From Escherichia coli (GTDB taxonomy: Bacteria; Pseudomonadota; Gammaproteobacteria; Enterobacterales; Enterobacteriaceae), in assembly GCF_024502345.1 (NCBI RefSeq), contig NZ_JALDNN010000001.1: a stretch of 64,000 nucleotides of DNA. One strand, written 5' to 3'. Below are positions 15,434 through 27,000 of this stretch, in pieces. Both the position numbers and the translations under genes were made by a program. The notes under the pieces were generated by a model. It was not told the origin of the DNA, did no database searches, and saw only the letters and a program-made list of their open reading frames with translations. Position 1 is the first letter of the stretch, and each line of letters opens with the position of its first letter.

Positions 15434-15449
15434 TTTCTTTATTGGCACA
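15434..15449 (+). promoter_or_regulatory. Sigma54 (-24/-12) promoter of glmY
   Basis: TGGCAC-agtta-CTGCA matches TGGCAC-N5-TTGCA; positioned ~12 nt upstream of the glmY 5' end. Confidence 0.7.
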
Positions 15450-15460
15450 GTTACTGCATA

Positions 15461-15652
15461 ATAGTAAGCAGTGGCTCATTCACCGACTTATGTCAGCCCC
15501 TTCGGGACGTGCTACATAAAATTCGAATGACGCACAACAAGGTGCCTGCCGTCCAACTTCTGATATCAGCGTAGCTATATCAACCATCGGGCGAAACGTC
15601 GAGTTAGGCACCGCCTTATTCCATAACAAAGCCGGGTAATTCCCGGCTTTGT
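15461..15652 (+). ncRNA. glmY: Small RNA GlmY
   Basis: Sequence agtggctcattcaccgacttatgtcagcccc... recognised as GlmY; ends in hairpin gccggg-taatt-cccggc plus U-tract (15631-15653); lies between purL and glrK on the same strand. Confidence 0.8.
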
Positions 15653-15711
15653 TGTATCTGAACTTCCCCTCGGTTAGCATCAGGCTATTCGCGTCTGACG
15701 AGAGTAACACC

Positions 15712-17139
15712 TTGAAACGCTGGCCCGTTTTTCCCCGCTCATTACGACAACTGGTAATGCTGGCATTTTTGCTAATTCTACTACCCCTGTTGGTGCTGGC
15801 ATGGCAAGCCTGGCAAAGCCTGAATGCGCTTAGCGATCAGGCGGCGCTGGTTAACCGCACTACGCTTATTGATGCCCGGCGTAGTGAAGCGATGACCAAC
15901 GCGGCGCTGGAGATGGAGCGTAGCTACCGTCAGTATTGCGTGCTGGACGACCCTACGCTTGCGAAGGTTTATCAAAGCCAGCGCAAGCGTTACAGCGAAA
16001 TGCTCGATGCCCACGCAGGCGTACTGCCAGACGATAAACTTTACCAGGCATTGCGTCAGGATTTGAACAATCTGGCCCAACTTCAGTGTAACAACAGTGG
16101 TCCCGATGCTGCCGCCGCCGCGCGTCTTGAAGCCTTTGCCAGTGCCAATACCGAAATGGTGCAGGCCACGCGCACAGTGGTGTTCTCTCGTGGGCAGCAA
16201 CTTCAGCGTGAAATCGCCGAACGTGGGCAATATTTTGGTTGGCAATCGCTGGTGCTATTTCTGGTGAGTCTGGTGATGGTGCTACTTTTCACGCGGATGA
16301 TTATCGGGCCGGTGAAAAATATCGAGCGCATGATCAACCGTCTGGGGGAAGGGCGTTCTCTGGGCAATAGCGTTTCGTTCAGTGGACCGAGCGAGTTACG
16401 CTCGGTTGGGCAACGTATTCTTTGGTTAAGTGAGCGCCTGTCATGGCTGGAATCCCAACGCCATCAATTTTTAAGACATTTATCTCATGAATTAAAAACG
16501 CCACTGGCGAGTATGCGCGAGGGCACTGAATTACTGGCTGACCAGGTTGTCGGGCCGCTTACGCCAGAGCAAAAAGAGGTGGTGAGCATTCTTGATAGCA
16601 GCAGCCGCAATTTGCAAAAACTGATCGAACAACTGCTTGATTACAACCGTAAACAGGCGGACAGTGCGGTGGAACTGGAGAATGTTGAATTAGCACCGCT
16701 GGTGGAGACAGTGGTTTCTGCTCATAGCCTGCCCGCACGGGCTAAAATGATGCATACCGACGTCGATCTCAAAGCAACAGCTTGCCTGGCGGAGCCAATG
16801 CTGCTGATGAGCGTACTGGATAATCTTTACTCCAATGCGGTGCACTACGGGGCTGAATCCGGTAACATTTGCCTTCGCAGCAGTTCACATGGTGCGCGGG
16901 TTTATATTGATGTCATCAATACAGGCACGCCCATTCCGCAAGAGGAACGCGCCATGATCTTCGAACCCTTTTTTCAGGGAAGCCACCAGCGAAAAGGGGC
17001 GGTGAAGGGCAGCGGTCTGGGATTAAGCATTGCCAGGGATTGTATTCGCCGTATGCAAGGGGAACTGTATCTGGTCGACGAGAGCGGGCAAGACGTTTGT
17101 TTCCGCATTGAATTACCGTCGTCGAAAAACACGAAATAA
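15712..17139 (+). CDS. glrK: Sensor histidine kinase GlrK (QseE)
   Basis: Start set at TTG 15712 (MKRWPVFPRSLRQL..., 475 aa) because the track ORF start overlaps the glmY terminator; TM segments, HAMP, H-box HELKTP, ATPase domain. Confidence 0.85.
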   Translation: MKRWPVFPRSLRQLVMLAFLLILLPLLVLAWQAWQSLNALSDQAALVNRTTLIDARRSEAMTNAALEMERSYRQYCVLDDPTLAKVYQSQRKRYSEMLDAHAGVLPDDKLYQALRQDLNNLAQLQCNNSGPDAAAAARLEAFASANTEMVQATRTVVFSRGQQLQREIAERGQYFGWQSLVLFLVSLVMVLLFTRMIIGPVKNIERMINRLGEGRSLGNSVSFSGPSELRSVGQRILWLSERLSWLESQRHQFLRHLSHELKTPLASMREGTELLADQVVGPLTPEQKEVVSILDSSSRNLQKLIEQLLDYNRKQADSAVELENVELAPLVETVVSAHSLPARAKMMHTDVDLKATACLAEPMLLMSVLDNLYSNAVHYGAESGNICLRSSSHGARVYIDVINTGTPIPQEERAMIFEPFFQGSHQRKGAVKGSGLGLSIARDCIRRMQGELYLVDESGQDVCFRIELPSSKNTK

Positions 17140-17303
17140 TGCTAACAGCCTATCCTATCAGGCTATTTTATTTGTCAGTTCGGCCCCGGGCAGTGCTCGA
17201 AATCTTCACGTACGATATGTACGCTCCGGTTTCTCCGCGCTGTCCATGTCCAGACTGTCTGCAACAATTACGCCCACTGGGATAGGCTTTAAGTCTGGTG
17301 AAT

Positions 17304-18017
17304 ATGCGACACATTTTTCAACGATTATTGCCCCGACGGCTGTGGCTGGCAGGGCTGCCATGTCTGGCATTGCTGGGTTGCGTGCAGAATCACAATAAGC
17401 CAGCCATTGATACGCCAGCAGAAGAAAAAATTCCGGTTTATCAACTGGCTGACTATCTTTCTACTGAATGTAGCGACATCTGGGCGCTGCAAGGTAAATC
17501 AACCGAAACCAATCCGCTTTACTGGCTGCGGGCGATGGATTGTGCTGATCGTTTAATGCCTGCGCAGTCGCGTCAGCAAGCTCGCCAATATGACGACGGC
17601 AGCTGGCAAAATACCTTTAAACAAGGGATTTTGCTCGCCGACGCCAAAATTACGCCGTATGAGCGCCGCCAGCTGGTCGCGCGTATTGAAGCGTTAAGTA
17701 CCGAGATCCCGGCACAGGTTCGCCCACTGTATCAACTCTGGCGCGACGGTCAGGCGCTGCAACTGCAACTGGCGGAAGAGCGCCAACGTTACAGTAAACT
17801 CCAGCAGTCCAGCGACAGCGAGCTGGATACATTGCGCCAGCAACATCACGTTCTACAGCAGCAACTGGAACTCACCACCCGCAAGCTGGAAAACCTGACC
17901 GATATTGAACGCCAGCTCTCGACCCGCAAACCGGCTGGAAATTTCTCGCCGGATACGCCGCACGAGAGTGAAAAGCCCGCGCCATCCACCCATGAGGTCA
18001 CTCCTGATGAGCCATAA
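17304..18017 (+). CDS. qseG: Outer-membrane lipoprotein QseG (YfhG)
   Basis: 237 aa from ATG 17304; lipobox LLGC; Gln-rich coiled-coil C-terminus; overlaps glrR start by 11 nt. Confidence 0.85.
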   Translation: MRHIFQRLLPRRLWLAGLPCLALLGCVQNHNKPAIDTPAEEKIPVYQLADYLSTECSDIWALQGKSTETNPLYWLRAMDCADRLMPAQSRQQARQYDDGSWQNTFKQGILLADAKITPYERRQLVARIEALSTEIPAQVRPLYQLWRDGQALQLQLAEERQRYSKLQQSSDSELDTLRQQHHVLQQQLELTTRKLENLTDIERQLSTRKPAGNFSPDTPHESEKPAPSTHEVTPDEP

Positions 18018-19341
18018 ACCTGCGCATTTATTATTGGTCGATGACGATCCGGGATTGCTGAAACTGCTTGGCCTGCGCCTGACCAGCGAAGGCTACAGTG
18101 TGGTCACGGCGGAAAGTGGCGCTGAAGGATTACGGGTACTGAATCGCGAAAAAGTAGATTTAGTTATCAGCGACCTGCGGATGGATGAAATGGACGGTAT
18201 GCAGCTGTTTGCTGAAATCCAGAAAGTGCAGCCGGGAATGCCGGTAATTATTCTTACCGCGCATGGTTCTATTCCCGATGCCGTTGCTGCAACACAGCAG
18301 GGCGTTTTTAGTTTCCTCACCAAGCCTGTCGATAAAGACGCGCTATATCAGGCAATTGATGATGCGCTGGAACAATCCGCGCCAGCCACCGACGAACGCT
18401 GGCGCGAGGCGATTGTCACCCGCAGCCCGCTGATGCTGCGTTTGCTGGAACAGGCGCGGCTGGTGGCGCAATCAGACGTCAGCGTTTTGATTAATGGCCA
18501 GAGCGGCACCGGGAAAGAGATTTTCGCCCAGGCTATCCACAACGCCAGCCCGCGCAATAGCAAACCATTTATTGCTATTAACTGTGGTGCATTGCCTGAG
18601 CAATTGCTGGAGTCGGAGCTGTTTGGTCATGCGCGTGGCGCGTTTACTGGCGCTGTCAGCAATCGCGAAGGTTTATTCCAGGCGGCGGAAGGCGGAACGC
18701 TATTTCTCGATGAGATTGGCGATATGCCTGCGCCGTTGCAGGTTAAACTGTTGCGCGTGTTGCAGGAGCGTAAAGTGCGCCCGCTGGGCAGTAACCGCGA
18801 TATTGATATCAATGTGCGGATTATTTCTGCCACTCACCGTGATCTGCCAAAAGCGATGGCGCGCGGGGAATTCCGCGAAGATCTCTATTACCGCCTCAAC
18901 GTTGTCAGCCTGAAAATTCCGGCACTGGCGGAGCGCACAGAAGACATTCCGCTACTGGCAAATCACCTGTTGCGCCAGGCGGCAGAGCGGCATAAACCGT
19001 TTGTCCGCGCGTTCTCTACCGATGCGATGAAACGCCTGATGACCGCGAGCTGGCCGGGTAATGTGCGCCAGTTGGTCAACGTGATTGAACAGTGCGTGGC
19101 ACTGACCTCATCTCCGGTGATTAGTGATGCATTAGTAGAGCAGGCGCTGGAGGGCGAAAATACGGCGCTGCCAACCTTTGTTGAGGCACGTAATCAGTTT
19201 GAACTCAACTATTTGCGTAAGCTGCTGCAAATTACCAAAGGCAACGTCACCCACGCGGCGAGAATGGCGGGGCGCAACCGGACAGAATTTTATAAACTGC
19301 TTTCCCGACACGAGCTGGATGCAAACGATTTCAAGGAATGA
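18007..19341 (+). CDS. glrR: Sigma54-dependent response regulator GlrR (QseF)
   Basis: Start set at ATG 18007 ([14 protein letters not shown], 444 aa); receiver domain, AAA+ sigma54-activator domain with GAFTGA, C-terminal HTH. Confidence 0.9.
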   Translation: MSHKPAHLLLVDDDPGLLKLLGLRLTSEGYSVVTAESGAEGLRVLNREKVDLVISDLRMDEMDGMQLFAEIQKVQPGMPVIILTAHGSIPDAVAATQQGVFSFLTKPVDKDALYQAIDDALEQSAPATDERWREAIVTRSPLMLRLLEQARLVAQSDVSVLINGQSGTGKEIFAQAIHNASPRNSKPFIAINCGALPEQLLESELFGHARGAFTGAVSNREGLFQAAEGGTLFLDEIGDMPAPLQVKLLRVLQERKVRPLGSNRDIDINVRIISATHRDLPKAMARGEFREDLYYRLNVVSLKIPALAERTEDIPLLANHLLRQAAERHKPFVRAFSTDAMKRLMTASWPGNVRQLVNVIEQCVALTSSPVISDALVEQALEGENTALPTFVEARNQFELNYLRKLLQITKGNVTHAARMAGRNRTEFYKLLSRHELDANDFKE

Positions 19342-19365
19342 ATTGGCGTTATGTGTTACGTTTAG

Positions 19366-19740
<375 letters not shown>

Positions 19741-19753
19741 ACCGCGTCAAGGG

Positions 19754-19777
19754 TTGCCGGATGTTTCCATCCGGCAA
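19754..19777. terminator. Bidirectional hairpin terminator between convergent glnB and hmp
   Basis: ttgccggatg / catccggcaa perfect 10-bp stem with tttc loop. Confidence 0.6.
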
Positions 19778-19784
19778 CATCAAA

Positions 19785-20975
19785 TCACAGCACCTTATGC
19801 GGGCCAAAGCATTCGTAATGAATGTTTTCCTGCTTCACGCCCAGATCCACTAACTGTTTCGCGGCAAACTGCATGAAGCCAACCGGGCCGCAGAGATAGA
19901 ACTGCATTGTCGGATCGCTGAACGCACCTTCCAGTTTGCTCAAATCCATCAGACCTTCGCTATCAAACTGACCTTTAGCGCGATCGGCTTCGCTCGGCTG
20001 ACGATACCAGGTGTGCGCGGTAAAGCGCGGCAGTGACTGCCCCAGTTCCTTAACTTCATCGGCAAAGGCGTGAACATCGCCATTTTCTGCCGCATGGAAC
20101 CAGTTCACTTGTGCTGTGTGGCCTGCTTTTGCCAGCGTGTCGAGCATTGCCAGCATTGGCGTTTGACCAACACCGGCAGAGATTAACGTCACTGGTGTGT
20201 CATCTGCGACAGCCATAAAGAAATCACCTGCCGGAGCGACCAGTTTCACGACATCGCCAACATTGGCGTGATTGTGCAACCAGTTGGATACCTGCCCACC
20301 CTCTTCGCGTTTCACCGCAATACGATAGCCTTTGCCATCCGGTTTGCGAGTCAAAGAGTACTGACGAATTTCCTGATGCGGGAAACCTTCCGGCTTCAGC
20401 CAGACGCCGAGATATTGCCCCGGACGGTATTCTGCCACTGCGCCACCGTCGACCGGCTCCAGTTCGAAGCTGGTGATAAGCGCGCTGCGCGGTGTTTTAG
20501 CCACAATGCGGAAATCGCGAGTACCTTCCCAACCACCGGCTTTGCTGGCGTTTTCGTTATAGATTTCCGCCTCGCGATTGATAAATACATTAGCCAGTAC
20601 ACCATAGGCTTTACCCCACGCGTCCAGCACTTCCTGCCCCGGGCTGAACATTTCGTCCAGCGTTGCCAACAGGTGTTCACCGACGATGTTGTACTGTTCC
20701 GGTTTGATCTGGAAGCTGGTGTGCTTCTGCGCGATTTTTTCTACCGCTGGCAGCAGCGCAGGCAGGTTTTCAATATTACTGGCGTAGGCGGCAATAGCGT
20801 TAAACAGGGCTTCACGTTGATCGCCATTACGCTGGTTACTCATGTTAAAAATTTCTTTGAGTTCTGGGTTATGAGTAAACATACGGTCGTAGAAATGGGC
20901 GGTTAACTTTGGCCCCGTTTCCACCAGTAAAGGGATGGTGGCTTTTACTGTAGCGATGGTTTGAGCGTCAAGCAT
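19785..20975 (-). CDS. hmp: Flavohemoprotein (NO dioxygenase)
   Basis: Start set at ATG 20975 ([17 protein letters not shown], 396 aa) with AAGGAAG SD; globin domain plus FAD/NAD reductase domain. Confidence 0.92.
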
Positions 20976-20999
20976 ATGGTCTTCCTTTTTTTGCATCTT

Positions 21000-21024
21000 A
21001 ATTGATGTATCTCAAATGCATCTT
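21000..21024 (-). promoter_or_regulatory. NsrR-type operator in hmp promoter
   Basis: Minus-strand reading AAGATGCATTTGAGATACATCAATT resembles the NsrR inverted-repeat consensus; located just upstream of hmp. Confidence 0.5.
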
Positions 21025-21302
21025 ATAAAAAATAGCCCTGCAATGTAAATGGTTCTTTGGTGTTTTTCAGAAAGAATGTGATGAAGTGAAAAATTTGCAT
21101 CACAAACCTGAAAAGAAATCCGTTTCCGGTTGCAAGCTCTTTATTCTCCAAAGCCTTGCGTAGCCTGAAGGTAATCGTTTGCGTAAATTCCTTTGTCAAG
21201 ACCTGTTATCGCACAATGATTCGGTTATACTGTTCGCCGTTGTCCAACAGGACCGCCTATAAAGGCCAAAAATTTTATTGTTAGCTGAGTCAGGAGATGC
21301 GG

Positions 21303-22556
21303 ATGTTAAAGCGTGAAATGAACATTGCCGATTATGATGCCGAACTGTGGCAGGCTATGGAGCAGGAAAAAGTACGTCAGGAAGAGCACATCGAACTGAT
21401 CGCCTCCGAAAACTACACCAGCCCGCGCGTAATGCAGGCGCAGGGTTCTCAGCTGACCAACAAATATGCTGAAGGTTATCCGGGCAAACGCTACTACGGC
21501 GGTTGCGAGTATGTTGATATCGTTGAACAACTGGCGATCGATCGTGCGAAAGAACTGTTCGGCGCTGACTACGCTAACGTCCAGCCGCACTCCGGCTCCC
21601 AGGCTAACTTTGCGGTCTACACCGCGCTGCTGGAACCAGGTGATACCGTTCTGGGTATGAACCTGGCGCATGGCGGTCACCTGACTCACGGTTCTCCGGT
21701 TAACTTCTCCGGTAAACTGTACAACATCGTTCCTTACGGTATCGATGCTACCGGTCATATCGACTACGCCGATCTGGAAAAACAAGCCAAAGAACACAAG
21801 CCGAAAATGATTATCGGTGGTTTCTCTGCATATTCCGGCGTGGTTGACTGGGCGAAAATGCGTGAAATCGCTGACAGCATCGGTGCTTACCTGTTCGTTG
21901 ATATGGCGCACGTTGCGGGCCTGGTTGCTGCTGGCGTCTACCCGAACCCGGTTCCTCATGCTCACGTTGTTACTACCACCACTCACAAAACCCTGGCGGG
22001 TCCGCGCGGCGGCCTGATCCTGGCGAAAGGTGGTAGCGAAGAGCTGTACAAAAAACTGAACTCTGCCGTTTTCCCTGGTGGTCAGGGCGGTCCGTTGATG
22101 CACGTAATCGCCGGTAAAGCGGTTGCTCTGAAAGAAGCGATGGAGCCTGAGTTCAAAACTTACCAGCAGCAGGTCGCGAAAAACGCTAAAGCGATGGTAG
22201 AAGTGTTCCTCGAGCGCGGCTACAAAGTGGTTTCCGGCGGCACTGATAACCACCTGTTCCTGGTTGATCTGGTTGATAAAAACCTGACCGGTAAAGAAGC
22301 AGACGCCGCTCTGGGCCGTGCTAACATCACCGTCAACAAAAACAGCGTACCGAACGATCCGAAGAGCCCGTTTGTGACCTCCGGTATTCGCGTGGGTACT
22401 CCGGCGATTACGCGTCGCGGCTTCAAAGAAGCAGAAGCGAAAGAACTGGCTGGCTGGATGTGTGACGTGCTGGACAGCATCAATGATGAAGCCGTTATCG
22501 AGCGCATCAAAGGTAAAGTTCTCGACATCTGCGCACGTTTCCCGGTTTACGCATAA
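21303..22556 (+). CDS. glyA: Serine hydroxymethyltransferase
   Basis: Start set at ATG 21303 ([16 protein letters not shown], 417 aa); PLP-lysine motif region [14 protein letters not shown]. Confidence 0.96.
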   Translation: MLKREMNIADYDAELWQAMEQEKVRQEEHIELIASENYTSPRVMQAQGSQLTNKYAEGYPGKRYYGGCEYVDIVEQLAIDRAKELFGADYANVQPHSGSQANFAVYTALLEPGDTVLGMNLAHGGHLTHGSPVNFSGKLYNIVPYGIDATGHIDYADLEKQAKEHKPKMIIGGFSAYSGVVDWAKMREIADSIGAYLFVDMAHVAGLVAAGVYPNPVPHAHVVTTTTHKTLAGPRGGLILAKGGSEELYKKLNSAVFPGGQGGPLMHVIAGKAVALKEAMEPEFKTYQQQVAKNAKAMVEVFLERGYKVVSGGTDNHLFLVDLVDKNLTGKEADAALGRANITVNKNSVPNDPKSPFVTSGIRVGTPAITRRGFKEAEAKELAGWMCDVLDSINDEAVIERIKGKVLDICARFPVYA

Positions 22557-22595
22557 GCGAAACGGTGATTTGCTGTCAATGTGCTCGTTGTTCAT

Positions 22596-22694
22596 GCCGG
22601 ATGCGGCGTGAACGCCTTATCCGGCCTACAAAACTTTGCAAATTCAATATATTGCAATATCCGTGTAGGCCTGATAAGCGTAGCGCATCAGGCA
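22596..22694. repeat. REP doublet (BIME-like) downstream of glyA
   Basis: gccggatgcggcgtgaacgccttatccggcctaca (22596-22630) and gtaggcctgataagcgtagcgcatcaggca (22665-22694), palindromic REP units. Confidence 0.7.
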
Positions 22695-22714
22695 ATCTTA
22701 GGTATGTGATCATC

Positions 22715-22740
22715 AAGGCTTCCTTCGGGAAGCCTTTCTA
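22715..22740 (+). terminator. Hairpin downstream of REP doublet (possible glyA terminator)
   Basis: aaggcttcc-ttcg-ggaagcctt perfect stem-loop followed by tctacgtt. Confidence 0.35.
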
Positions 22741-22753
22741 CGTTATTGCGCCA

Positions 22754-23947
22754 TCAAATCTGTCGTAACTGCGCCTCAACATACAAATAGCCAATCCCCA
22801 ACACCTGTTGTGCGCGGCTTAATTGCCCAAAGCCAATTTGCGTTGCTTTCACGCTCGGCCCTTCGTCGCGGTCGAACGGGTTAAATCCCGTCTGGCGAAT
22901 AATGGTATTAAGCCAGTGCTCACCAAAGGCACAACTGCGACCGTACAACCAAATCTGATTAATATTGAGGATGTTGAGGAAGTTATACAGACTCAAACCA
23001 ATGGCATTGGCACTGCGATCAACCCAGCTGGTGATCCACGGTTCTCCACTCTGCCAGGCAGCGATTAACTGCGCGGTTGTCAGTTTTTCAGGATCAAGCT
23101 GAGTATTAACCGGTTGTGATTTTAGCCATACCCGCGCCTGTTTTTTTAATGCACTTAACGAGGCGACGGTTTCCAGGCAGCCGTAACGTCCACAGTCGCA
23201 GACGACGCCATCCGGATTAACGATGGTGTGACCAATCTGTCCGCTACCATACAAACTGCCGCGATAAATTTGCTCGTTAATCACGAACGACGAGCCAATG
23301 CCGTAATCAACGTTGATCACGCAGAAATCCCGTTCCTGCGAATTATTTTGCCATTTCTCCGCCAGCGCCAGCATCACGCAGTCATTATCGACCATCACCC
23401 GAATGCCCAGCTTCTCTTCCAGCAGATACTTCACCTCAACCGGCGTTGTCCACGGCGCTTGCGGCATGGTTTGCGACACGCCGGTCACCGGATCAACCTG
23501 ACCGTGGATTGCCAGCGCCAGATTGATGGTGCGGTCCGGCCACAATTTACGGTGGCGATGCCAGCATTTTTCGATTTCGGACAGCAGCGCCTGCGGCGTC
23601 GGTGCATCAATCTGTAAATACTCAAATTCACCTTTCGGACTTAAACAAGCATTAGCAACCTGACACTCAATACTGGTGGGCGTCACGTTCAGGCACAGCG
23701 TCCAGTCACCTTCCGGCGCAATCAGCCATGTACCGCTACTATGCCCGCGCGTCTGGCTTTCATCGTCGATATTCACCACCCGTTTTTCGCTTTCCAGTTC
23801 CTGCAAAATATTACTGACTGCCGGAATCGAAATTTGCGCCAGCCGGGCCAGCGTTGATTTATTGGCGCGCTTTTGCCGGTACAGCAGTTCCAGAATCACG
23901 CATTTGTTATGGTGGCGAATCTGTTGATTGTTAATGCAGGCTCTCAT
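22754..23947 (-). CDS. yphH: ROK (NagC/XylR)-family transcriptional regulator YphH
   Basis: 397 aa from ATG 23947; N-terminal HTH and ROK sugar-kinase-like fold with CxCGxxGC zinc motif. Confidence 0.85.
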   Translation of the reverse strand: MRACINNQQIRHHNKCVILELLYRQKRANKSTLARLAQISIPAVSNILQELESEKRVVNIDDESQTRGHSSGTWLIAPEGDWTLCLNVTPTSIECQVANACLSPKGEFEYLQIDAPTPQALLSEIEKCWHRHRKLWPDRTINLALAIHGQVDPVTGVSQTMPQAPWTTPVEVKYLLEEKLGIRVMVDNDCVMLALAEKWQNNSQERDFCVINVDYGIGSSFVINEQIYRGSLYGSGQIGHTIVNPDGVVCDCGRYGCLETVASLSALKKQARVWLKSQPVNTQLDPEKLTTAQLIAAWQSGEPWITSWVDRSANAIGLSLYNFLNILNINQIWLYGRSCAFGEHWLNTIIRQTGFNPFDRDEGPSVKATQIGFGQLSRAQQVLGIGYLYVEAQLRQI

Positions 23948-24064
23948 CTTCACTAAACCTTGTTTAGTTAATTGCGTGATTATTCCGCGAAAACATTGCC
24001 AGATTGTTCAATACACTGCCACAAATCTTTTAATTCAGTATGTCTTGTTAATATTGAGGGCACC

Positions 24065-27000
24065 ATGACTCCAGTAAAAGTGTGGCAAGAGCGCGTTGAG
24101 ATCCCGACCTATGAAACCGGGCCGCAGGATATACATCCCATGTTCCTGGAAAATCGCGTTTATCAGGGATCGTCCGGCGCGGTTTATCCCTACGGCGTGA
24201 CCGATACGCTGAGCGAGCAGAAAACCCCGAAATCCTGGCAGGCGGTGTGGCTGGAAAACGACTACATCAAAGTGATGATCCTGCCGGAACTGGGCGGTCG
24301 GGTGCATCGCGCATGGGATAAAGTGAAACAACGCGATTTTGTCTATCACAATGAAGTCATTAAACCTGCGCTGGTGGGGCTGCTGGGACCGTGGATCTCT
24401 GGCGGGATTGAGTTTAACTGGCCGCAACACCATCGCCCGACCACCTTTATGCCCGTTGATTTCACCCTCGAAGCCCATGAAGACGGCGCACAGACGGTGT
24501 GGGTCGGCGAAACGGAGCCGATGCACGGTTTACAGGTGATGACAGGTTTCACCCTGCGCCCTGACCGGGCGGCGCTGGAAATCGCCAGCCGCGTCTATAA
24601 CGGCAACGCCACGCCGCGTCATTTCTTGTGGTGGGCCAACCCGGCAGTGAAAGGGGGGGAAGGGCATCAGAGCGTTTTCCCGCCGGATGTGACTGCGGTG
24701 TTTGATCACGGCAAACGGGCCGTCTCCGCTTTCCCCATCGCCACCGGCACTTACTACAAAGTGGACTACTCCGCTGGAGTGGACATTTCTCGCTATAAAA
24801 ATGTGCCCGTTCCAACCTCATATATGGCCGAAAAATCGCAGTACGATTTTGTTGGCGCGTGGTGTCACGATGAAGATGGCGGTTTGCTACACGTTGCCAA
24901 CCACCATATTGCGCCAGGTAAAAAGCAGTGGAGCTGGGGACACAGTGAATTTGGCCAGGCGTGGGATAAGAGCCTAACTGATAATAACGGCCCGTATATC
25001 GAACTGATGACCGGTATTTTTGCCGATAACCAGCCCGATTTTACCTGGCTTGATGCTTACGAAGAGAAGCGTTTTGAGCAGTATTTCCTGCCTTATCATT
25101 CTTTGGGCATGGTGCAAAATGCCTCCCGCGATGCGGTGATAAAACTCCAGCGTAGTGAGCGGGGGATTGAGTGGGGGCTGTATGCCATCTCTCCGTTGAA
25201 CGGATACCGCCTGGCGATCCGCGAAATCGGCAAATGCAACGCGTTACTTGATGATGCCGTGGCACTGATGCCTGCGACCGCCATCCAGGGCGTGTTGCAC
25301 GGTATCAATCCTGAAAGGCTGACCATTGAGCTCTCCGATGCCGACGGCAATATTGTACTGAGTTATCAGGAACATCAGCCGCAAGAGTTGCCGTTGCCGG
25401 ACGTCGCCAAAGCGCCACTGGCAGCACAAGACATTACCAGTACAGATGAAGCCTGGTTTATCGGTCAGCATCTGGAGCAATATCATCACGCCAGCCGTTC
25501 ACCGTTCGATTACTACCTGCGCGGCGTGGCGCTGGATCCGCTGGATTACCGCTGTAACCTGGCGCTGGCGATGCTGGAATATAACCGCGCAGATTTCCCG
25601 CAAGCGGTGGCGTATGCCACTCAGGCTCTGAAACGCGCACATGGGCTGAACAAAAATCCGCAGTGCGGACAGGCGAGTTTGATTCGCGCCAGTGCTTACG
25701 AACGTCAGGGACAATATCAACAAGCCGAAGAGGATTTCTGGCGTGCGGTCTGGAGCGGCAACAGTAAAGCCGGAGGCTATTATGGTCTGGCACGACTGGC
25801 GGCGCGTAATGGTAACTTCGACGCGGGTCTGGATTTTTGCCAACAAAGTCTTCGCGCCAGCCCAACCAATCAGGAAGTGCTTTGCCTGCATAATCTGCTG
25901 CTGGTGTTAAGTGGTCGTCAGGACAACGCGCGTTTGCAGCGCGAGAAACTGCTGCGCGATTATCCGCTGAACGCCACTCTGTGGTGGCTGAACTGGTTCG
26001 ATGGTCGTAGCGAATCAGCTCTCGCGCAGTGGCGCGGTCTGTGTCAGGGACGCGACGTTAACGCCCTGATGACCGCCGGGCAACTGATTAACTGGGGAAT
26101 GCCCACCCTGGCGGCAGAGATGCTGAACGCACTGGACTGCCAGCGCACGCTGCCGCTTTACCTGCAAGCCAGCTTGCTGCCGAAAGCCGAACGTGGCGAA
26201 CTGGTCGCAAAAGCCATTGATGTCTTTCCGCAGTTTGTCCGTTTCCCGAATACGCTGGAAGAAGTGGCGGCGCTGGAGAGTATTGAAGAGTGCTGGTTTG
26301 CTCGCCATTTACTGGCCTGCTTCTACTACAACAAACGTAGCTACAACAAAGCCATTGCCTTATGGCAACGTTGCGTAGAGATGTCGCCGGAGTTTGCCGA
26401 CGGCTGGCGCGGGTTAGCGATCCATGCGTGGAATAAGCAACACGATTATGAGCTGGCCGCGCGTTATCTTGATAATGCTTATCAGCTTGCGCCGCAGGAT
26501 GCACGTCTGCTTTTCGAACGGGATTTGCTTGATAAGTTAAGTGGAGCCACACCGGAGAAACGACTGGCGCGTCTGGAAAATAATCTGGAAATTGCGCTGA
26601 AACGCGACGACATGACCGCAGAACTGCTCAATTTATGGCATCTCACGGGGCAGGCAGACAAAGCGGCGGACATTCTCGCCACGCGCAAATTCCACCCGTG
26701 GGAAGGCGGGGAAGGGAAGGTCACCAGTCAGTTTATCCTCAACCAGTTATTACGCGCCTGGCAGCATCTTGATGCCAGACAGCCGCAGCAGGCCAGCGAA
26801 CTGCTTCATGCCGCGCTGCATTATCCGGAGAATTTAAGCGAAGGCCGTTTACCGGGGCAAACTGATAACGACATCTGGTTCTGGCAGGCGATATGCGCCA
26901 ACGCGCAGGGCGATGAAACTGAAGCGACGCGTTGTTTACGTCTGGCGGTGACCGGCGATCGCACCATTAACATCCACAGTTATTACAACGATCAGCCGGT

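Noticed and set aside
21306-22595. 429-aa minus-strand ORF antisense to glyA
   Set aside because: Co-extensive with glyA, which is unambiguous; antisense translation has no recognisable features.
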